A stretch of 64,000 nt of DNA, taken from positions 1 to 64,000 of the IMG/VR virus record IMGVR_UViG_3300027844_001828; one strand, written 5' to 3'. Position numbers and translations under genes: made by a program. This document shows positions 21,801 through 28,900 of this stretch, in pieces; position 1 is the stretch's first letter, and every line of letters begins with the position of its first letter. The notes below the pieces were generated by a model that saw nothing but the letters and a program-made list of their open reading frames with translations, was not told where the DNA came from and searched no databases.

Positions 21801-22901
21801 AGCGACTCAACACTCCTTGGTGATCAGAAATTGGTCGCGTATGATCCAGACAATTATTCAAGAGTGTTCGACTTAGTAATTGTCAGTACAACCGCATCGA
21901 AGATTCGCGTCTTGAGAGATGGTGATGTATTTAACGTGTCTGGGGATGATGTCAAGAAAATATCTCCAGATTATAAGTTCTTTATTGACGCCTCAAGGTA
22001 TGGATCAACGGCTGGTACGGAATACTCAAAAGATTTTATTACTAAGACGGGATACTTGACCGCGTCTGCATTTATTGATGGTACTACATTCACGATTGAT
22101 GACACTACATCATTATCGGTTGGAGAAAGGGTGGTTATATTCAACGTTGACGGTATAGAGTTTAAGTCTGAAATCGCGACAATTCCGACATCTGCGACAT
22201 TCACCACCAATGACGCAACCCCATTTGATTTCACACTCAATAAAGACTCAGGATATAGGATCTTGTTTACCAAGTTGACAATAAGCGAATACGATCTTAC
22301 AGCAGACCTTGATCTTGGAGATACTGACGTGACGATATCAAGCACTTCTGACCTGTCTATTGGGGACATCGTAACACTGAGTGACGACAAAGGTCTTTTC
22401 ATGACATCTACAGTAAAAAGTATTGTTGGCCCAACAGTATTTAGACTCAATAATGATTCTAATGCCGATTTCACCACTTCTGATAGTGCGAAGGTGACGA
22501 TTAATAGAAACAACTTCACAGACAGTCATTCTCACACTATAAAGAGTGGAGAGTTTAGCAGTGTTGACAACTCTACGTGGCATAAAAGGGGTTATCAATA
22601 CAAGCATGGCCATATTATTTCACCTTTTGTGAAAGAAGTTTCAGACATTGAGGTCATTGATGGTAGAATATATGTTGTTGGTAGCGGATCAAAAATTTAT
22701 ATTAGTGACGACAACGGAAACGAGTGGTCAGAGTTTGTAGATTTGGCCAACTTTGTAGAATTCAGCCCGACGCCTGGCGCGATACAGAGAATTAGAAGCG
22801 ATGGAAACAATATTATTTTTGGTACAGACTCAGGATATATGGCGTACTTTTCCGTATCAATTCCAACGGCAGTGGTGCCACTTGAATTTCCAGTGGGATA
22901 A
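15897..22901 (+). CDS. Giant tail fibre/adhesin-like virion protein (2334 aa) with Asp-box propellers and HxH motifs
   Basis: N-terminus 'GVGLISGWTITDAGGLNITIGAGTA' resembles that of the 8045 protein. Asp-box repeats (YTTDYGTTW, YKSSDLTTW, STVNGTTW, VSDDYGLTW, ISDDNGNEW) and multiple HxH motifs are present. Confidence 0.65.
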   Translation: MAFESLLTIRLNLPYFGDAYRYSGEADRQRFLYLDYNLESYVGVIGVGLISGWTITDAGGLNITIGAGTAILRDFFSESPFTVKERSTVLPGDTVVSLGYYVDIVEPAEDDNDYDADLGQFPPSVSDTTTYYDKILYSSPLTMADDSDNYVYIYRNSNESQDDPYHEPDNSLPIIETASNENPIHTAVAFGITSSKKLAQTSGREFIGKIVTRSGDITEIDVSDVTTLQGLAGPILAFGESAVNTHNHGGSGTYDPEAIHLRTDLRKTFLQSVNDAEAVYRIMYSDPTSITNGHKHRFMVDSSGNGFTVDNIGGTDTHYHEILEYAVLSAVLGDDLVDDHGHTLPVTATSTDPWVTAGDFVININDIPYTGSNATVDPSEKTITFTEDVTVTKRKYSINKTFDDGSTYDFESNENGVFRFLLRASLDYYSKNADEIHTDTKTPLIFPDPTTPVSTLADQSVVAEQRLVAAGDTFKFTGVVAPDPVTVILVEPGSIDEVTIEITSNSEVTGKLKAQNVLYLPAEKFVTGTFDIGRIPILSHVGRLLEECKFAAERGISQDGYTYTVDNVLPWGNSKVVYSSHVQTNGDTILGTSDGLYFYPASGSYLFVVNGEKIHRAYGDLKMMLVSAVNDYNAKTGSTMVVKDATFDPQITSAENALTKVGTYYRLNGDYQVIDDNVVYDIVDVFYIDGYKVPTFGDEEKRLQSEILDVEEIVSVDPDDATKFLVKNDFNKSVINQIIVESDITDTYGGLNQVFFTFASDFFTKSIDIDKNWGLIYQSGTMGYIKGVERTFEGFYVVYSTNGLYICKSTTASEYREAELPSFYSDVIAMSFGFDDLLLISYKGGDSYTTDYGTTWTDMTISNNDIEKFMFDPTNDTTSTVSSHYHGMDINFKGTGATSGMFDASDAPISETHTHTVTVGSLSTDSGHTHIGEREFYAVDTKGSIYKSSDLTTWVKFADTPTVFGQVGISFVGFGKLFFSTAEGIVSTVNGTTWTKLVGFDSLIHSSQWSDDKETMYLGGVNEFYSYDGTTVTKVKTLEGNNPVSVHVDDSKKIFGFTFTNKSNKVDFKNDDKTNSTVDLYYDFSSCNAVGGAWTAGVPYDLYVNERLIQSTRESLTLVGSNKVTVSNLGQIDFNATSPLAAEIEYGASYIDVDDGDNFPSSGIVRVSWSSSLSFFLKFSSKTDNRLFLTGPSINSITPSDSLIVTVDLVGSIGDDDDVLITIYEGRLTNVGENTHEEIENDLSTKNIGSSKSFSDVFLSNVAHLTVAIRAAISGVGDDYKNYFLSLFDYNDTPGDPDNIDRFIDRVSSDFYSQVIYSNAFTPNVALTINRIVFGFGSFPNTMLIATNIGLFASKTNLGLEANWFRINVSSSEVAYDVLQTRTGEVFVCTELGMYQNDNVDLDSWTLLEEEKLGGIPTKIVPRWGTINAYNNDSQYWWQGWTGVSHSNQDLINSLIISGVGFMSVSDDYGLTWQKGILLDASGSVVDSNFTTTDTEILHSGSILFGLRDVTNDASKVMYSTGNGSVSRERLGLSKYTATVSEYSITSDSNVNLSVAYSGDIPPTGRLRGLNLSVNANNFDVIDNSTGSLLVFGTSIIDSLLGDDLISVSPPVFNSISEFPEGQVAFGTSNGVLTDRGVLLSADESSSGLVKKVGNRGVVSSLNINGELKSVVFSTGTKALLSLELNMIVKQNEIQGQLIKIEGFTDMTVSSNESTSVNNLTSVLVEHSIEAIPTGVPITVVGESNRLYVTFDSLVRDGDVTNGKLYIKPADTSSTPAKSILHEFSIVGNGEGYVDIVQSDELELVWENEFYSGLVIFCTQPDDTVPLFVEFSKKPLPGSLKGSAIKFREISENIDSVEFKIVDNTEIAVYVQDSAQALFTSISGSSLSDSFLTYSLVFDGGDFTIETVGFESDEKFNSRSTSKETDHFHTTNLYGKEIDGKIDTFGDTTSTYVDLNVTSAGIGEEPFLSDSTLLGDQKLVAYDPDNYSRVFDLVIVSTTASKIRVLRDGDVFNVSGDDVKKISPDYKFFIDASRYGSTAGTEYSKDFITKTGYLTASAFIDGTTFTIDDTTSLSVGERVVIFNVDGIEFKSEIATIPTSATFTTNDATPFDFTLNKDSGYRILFTKLTISEYDLTADLDLGDTDVTISSTSDLSIGDIVTLSDDKGLFMTSTVKSIVGPTVFRLNNDSNADFTTSDSAKVTINRNNFTDSHSHTIKSGEFSSVDNSTWHKRGYQYKHGHIISPFVKEVSDIEVIDGRIYVVGSGSKIYISDDNGNEWSEFVDLANFVEFSPTPGAIQRIRSDGNNIIFGTDSGYMAYFSVSIPTAVVPLEFPVG

Positions 22902-22904
22902 AAT

Positions 22905-25900
22905 ATGATAGTTCTTTCTTCATTCCAGGTAAACACAACAGGAACATGTGACAATGAAAATGTCATATTGACATCCAGTGGAGACCCTGTTGCCTCATGG
23001 AAGCAAGATGGGGATTTGAAAGTAAGGCTCTCCAAAGACGGTCTGTGGTACACCATTGACGATGTTGGAGTGTCACCATCAAATGATGTGAAGATTGGCT
23101 TGTCAAGCAATGGGAATTATCTTCTTTTCTATCTTTCATTGACAACGTTAAGATGTCTCGAATACGATTTCACAAATTCAAACTTCAGAGCCCCAGTAAC
23201 CGTAGCGACAGGAGTTGATATTTTTGAAGCCACAAGAAACGCCCCTTCTATCACGGTTGCGTATACGCAGACGAATAAAATTTACACTGCGACGAGAGAT
23301 GAAGATAGCAAAGTCTGGAATACTGGCGCACTTGTGGTTACTGAGACGGGATCTATTACGGACCTTTCAATTGATGGTGAAACTGGGTATACGGCAATTG
23401 CGTATTCAATTGGGGATGAGATTGATGTTTATCAGTCAGTAGACTCATCCCCATTCAGTAGAATTATATCGACCGGAGTTTTGGCAAATGTAAACTTAAG
23501 GTCTGTTAGTGCGTCAAGCTTTGATCTCGTCTATACAGAGAGTCTTGGCGGCGGTAATAATTCAATAGAGCATGTCAGGCGAGACATCTATGTCGATTGG
23601 GCGACACAGATTGTTGACGCCACAAATGATAACAACAACGTGGATCTATACTCCGAGTCTCTAAAAGCCTATGTTGTTTGGGTAGAGGGCGGAAAGGTTC
23701 GATACAGAGAAAGGGCCGACGACAATTCTTGGAGCAATCTTGTCGGGTCAACTGAGATCGATACGTGTGACGCTGACAGCGAGCCTAAAATATTGTTCTA
23801 CGCCAGTTACGCAAGAGTTTTGTATAAGAAGAGCGGCGATGTTTATTATGCTGGGATGACACCAAATACCCAAAACATTGTTGGTAATTTTGGCGCTTCA
23901 TCATGGGGCGGGACAAAGCACATTGATAATAGTGCAACAGCGATAAGATCAAGTTTGGTTGAGAATAGGATTTCTCAAAGGATCATATTCACTCAGAAAG
24001 AATTGAGCATTGGTGGTGTCTCGTGCTATTTGAAAAATAAGTCGAGTGACGCGGACGTGACCTACACATTGTATATGGACATATATTATTCCGATATCAG
24101 TGCGAACCCATACTCTACACCTCTCGCAACAACGTCTATTGCCTCGTCAGCTATCCCAGATCAAGGTTGGGCCGAGTTCGATTTTAATTTGAGCGACCTT
24201 GCAATACCATTGGACGGATATTGTTTTGTAATGAGTCAGGTTGGTGGAGATGAGAATAATTACGCCTCATGGCTCTCCTTTAAGGATGGCGGAACGGGGT
24301 CAAAGGTAAGTAATGATGAAACCACATGGGATTTGGTTAATGGATTCACACGTGGAATCATGATCAAGGGTAATTTTGATCCGTATGCCAACATAATAAA
24401 TGTTGACCCCGCAAAGATAACTAATGAACTGGTTACCCCGCCTGCGGTTTTGTCAACTGTTAAGCAGATTGAATTGACCGACCTTAATGAAGGTCTCTTC
24501 GACGGGACAAAGCTCGTTAACTTTGGATCTCCAGCTTATGGTCAGGTGATTGATCAGGACGAAAGGATATCTGGATACACAGGAACGGATGAAGACTGGA
24601 GAGTCGTTCTCTCAGACAAGAATCTTATTTTATCATTTGTCGTAGATAGCTCTGGTAGCTGCGGGTGGAATGACGTTTTTGGATTGAGAAAAAGCTTGAT
24701 GAATAAGATTATCGCGAGACTAAAGACCAAAACTACCGGTCAGATACTTTTTGATTTTGTAAAATATGGTGGTATGTTAATTGATGACGTGTCAGTTAAT
24801 CTAACCAAGAAGGTTAGAGGGGTAATAGCATCAATAGATGATGTAAAATCTGTCTCAGGATTCGATTCAGATGGGAACCCTATAGACTCTACAATAAATC
24901 CCAGAGAGCATTTGAGGACAGGGGTCATTGCTTATGGATACAAGGCTCTTAAAACGGGAACCACGTATCAGGCCAGAGGCGTGAAACTTGGATGGAAAGA
25001 CATTTTCCATAGATCAGTAGAGTCGAATTGGCATGATTTTTGGAAGGTGGATTCCCCTACACTTAGCGTTGCTACGAATGGCCCTGAAAGCGAAACGGTA
25101 TTGAACATTGCTCTCACCGATTCGGCAAAGGACGCAACAAGATTTTATGCTGCGAATAGTGATGATGATTCCAGGTCTTTCCTTGAAACAGATCTCGCAT
25201 CCGGTTCATTAGACACTGAGGTTTTTGACTCTACAGGATTTGAGGCCGACAGAAGAATAAATGTTTTAGATAAGGATTCTATAAATACGTATTTCATTGT
25301 TGAGTCGGTAGATTCGGTAACGGACATCATAACAGCAGAGCAACAGTCTAATTATAGTTTGACAGCTGCCGGAGCAGTCGTAGAAACAATCAGGCCATTA
25401 TTTGTTCAATCGGGGTGGGAAGCGACAGACTCTATGGAGTTCTTCATTAAAGACGGAGAGAGTAAGGGCGCAATAATATTTTTCATCCAGTGCCTTAATG
25501 GCGCACATATGGAATGGGAAGTTACCCCGTTGGCCGAATGGTCTTCTTCCAATCTTTATTTCATAGATGAAACGGCCAAGTTCGATGTCGATGCTGTCAA
25601 CTCTCAGGGAGAGAACTTGCCAGACGGAACCCTTGTTGAGTTCTATGTTGATAAGCCACCGCCATTAGGTTCTGACGAATTAACCGCTGATGGACAAGCG
25701 TCTTCGGCGCAGGCGTCATATGATTTGTCGCAAGACGCATTAGACGGGTCTTCAGTAATCTATTTGGGCTCTACGGCTATAACGGCTCTTAGTAGGAATG
25801 ACAAGGTCGAGATAATAGATTCCAACAAAACCTATACAAGCGCACAGGGGAGTGGCGGTCCTCACTACTCATTTGTTTCAGAGATAAACGCTGATGACGG

Positions 25901-28900
25901 ATACATTATAATAACAGATTCGCTCGAAGATGATTTTTTGACAGTGGACAGTGCGAAGCTGGTTTTTCCCGCGACAGAAATAAGGGAAAACGACTTCCCG
26001 CTAAAGACGGAAATAGATATTCATGCGAATATTGTAAACGTCACCCCCACATACATTGGGAGAGAATTGGATAGCGGACTATACGACGGGCTTGATAAAA
26101 AGAGATCTGCTGTGGCGGACGGGTATGATGATCACAACGCTGACAATGAATATGTCTACAGGGACTCGGCGGAAATGCTAACGACAGATGGATATTCCGC
26201 CCTTAGAATTTTACCAGTTACGGAAGATAATTTCTTAAGCAAAGACTTGAAAGAAGCAGCCGCGAATTCAATCTTTGGGTTGACAGACCGAGAGAAAGTT
26301 AATGCGGATGCAGAACCTGGAGGTTTAGAGTCGGAAGATGAAACAGCCGTGGCCCTATCCTCGGATGATGATACGGCGAAGTACTTCGAGCCACCCGCCG
26401 ATTTTGTTATGGACCATAGAGTTAGCGTTTTCGGCGGGGAGGCAAGCACAACGATGAAGTCATTCGCCTCAGAACTCTATGCCGAAACCATCAATGGAAG
26501 AACATACCTTGCGAAGAGCTATGAGGTGTACACCGCAATGACATTTTTCAAAGAGAATGGGAATATTCTTGCACAGTCGATGCTCCCATCCTTCACTGTT
26601 AGTTTCGCCTCCCCAATAAGAATGGGGAGTGAAATAAATAAAACGACCACATACAGTTGCCCACCAACAGAGCACGGCGAAGAAGAGTCTAATCAAATTG
26701 TTTCTGGAACATTTGCGACAGATGAAGACTCTGTCGTGGTAACTTACAATATTGATGATAGGGATTTCCCATTACCGAATGGCGTTATAGAAGTTTACGT
26801 TTATGATGGGATGAGAGATGAAGACAATGCAAATGTTACTGATGACGACATCGGGGAGCCAAATGGTTGTGACGACAAATTGTCAAGCGCAGGCGGAACG
26901 CTAATTTATGTTGGTGAAAATTCGACTTACGATTCTGATATTAGTAAGTATCTACTTGCCGACTCATATCTTGACCCATTTAGTTTCGAGTCAAAACAAA
27001 CCTTAGTTGTTGACAATGGTGTTGCGACTCTGACGCTTCCAGCAATTGATAGAGTCGCTAAATTTGTTATCCATGCCGTTTATGAGATCGAAGAGGGTAA
27101 GAGGGTCGTTCATGAGCAGACTATTTACTACAGAAGCCCTCTGGTTATCGAGTACACAGGGCCAACAACACTTGTTGCGGATGGCTCTTCTGTTTACAAT
27201 TTGAGCGCCTCGTTAGAGTGGAGAGGAACTGACAACGTAGACGATGGAACAATCGTCAACTTTTCAGCAAGTGGTGGGGATTTAACCCCTTCAGTAAGTG
27301 AGACCGTAAGTAATATTGCCAGCGGTGTGGAATACCATCCAAACTTACAATACGGAGTGGAGATAGTTTCAGACGATGAAGAAGCCCAGTCTTTAAGTCA
27401 GAATTTTGCGGATAGATTGTCGGGCGAGGAATCAACAGAGTCGAGGTCTATAGTTATCACCGCAACGTATCAGGGGTTCTCAGGAAGAACAAGTGCGACG
27501 TTGAATATTAACGACACAGAAGATGGGACTGGGGATTTCTTTTTCTATTGCTCAGTAGATCCGGCAGAAATATACTCGGATGGTGAAGACCCTTCAATGG
27601 TGGTTGCTGACCTTCAGGAATCTACGAATAGAGGGTTCCCGTTCATTGAGGTGGTGGGAGAGGACCTTGTCGAGAGCAATATTGGTTGTTTGTTTAATGG
27701 GCCTGGAATAACTGTAGAGAACAGACTGGCCAGATGGACTGATGATTTACCTCCAGACGGAAGCTTCGCAACTCCGGATGACACCCCGTGGTATGCATGG
27801 AATAGGATTACGGCAAATGAATTCATTGGTAGACCAAAATACTTCCCACCAGGGAGGCCAGGGTCTCCGCCAGCTTGTAATTCGCCAGCTTGTGTTTTAC
27901 TTAATGTTTACACAAGGTCTCAGAAGTTCAATTCTTTTGGGAGAGGAATAGATAGCTTCACTGTTTCCTTCTTGTCTTCAACAATAACTGGAGTCGCAAA
28001 AATTCCAAAGCCAAGGATCGAATTGAAAGAACCCCTTGGCATAGACGTTTCATTTGAGCCAATTGATAGAACTGAATATCAGACTACGGCTTGGAGGTCC
28101 ACGCCACTTGGAACTCACCCGTCTTCTCACTATATTGATGAATACAACCATCCAATAAGAAGAGATGGGTCCGCCAAACATTATGTTGTAGCCGAAATAA
28201 CATGGAAGGACAAGTATATTGTTGGCACGGCTCAAAACCCACTTCCAAAAGTTACATTCACTTCGGGCGAACTCGACGTGAACAGTGAGAACCAGTCATA
28301 TGATGTTTCGTTCACGGAAAATGACGACTACAGTCTTGACACAACAGAAGCTCAGGTTTCTATAGCGAGAACAAGTTTTGACGAAAGTCATTATCACGTT
28401 TGCTATGTTGATGCTAATGGAAAAGGGTTGACAACGGAAACTATAGTGTTCGAAAAAGGGGTGACAGTCGCAGATCATGTGCATGCGATTGATCTTAATG
28501 CTGAAGAAGTAATATCTTACGAGGTGTTTGATAAGGTTGTTACAAATGAGAGCGGATCAGATGTCGAAGCCGCCGTTAACCATACTCACAGTCCAAGGGC
28601 GGTTGCGATAATATCTACTGGATCAACAAGCGATATTAGCCTACCCATAGCTGTTAAGGGCGAAGTCACATATGACAATGGTGTATTGCTTAATAATGGC
28701 AAGAGAGTGGTCAGGACTCTTGAGAACTACGCCTTGAGCAAGCCGGAGAAGAAAACGGATTCTGGATCTGTATTTACAGAGCAATATTTCCTTGAAATCA
28801 TTCCCCCACAACAGAAGGTTGAAGACGGATTAGTTCCTGGGATATTGACATCGACAAATAAATCTAAGCCCGGCCACACTATTGCTTATCATGCGTGGAA

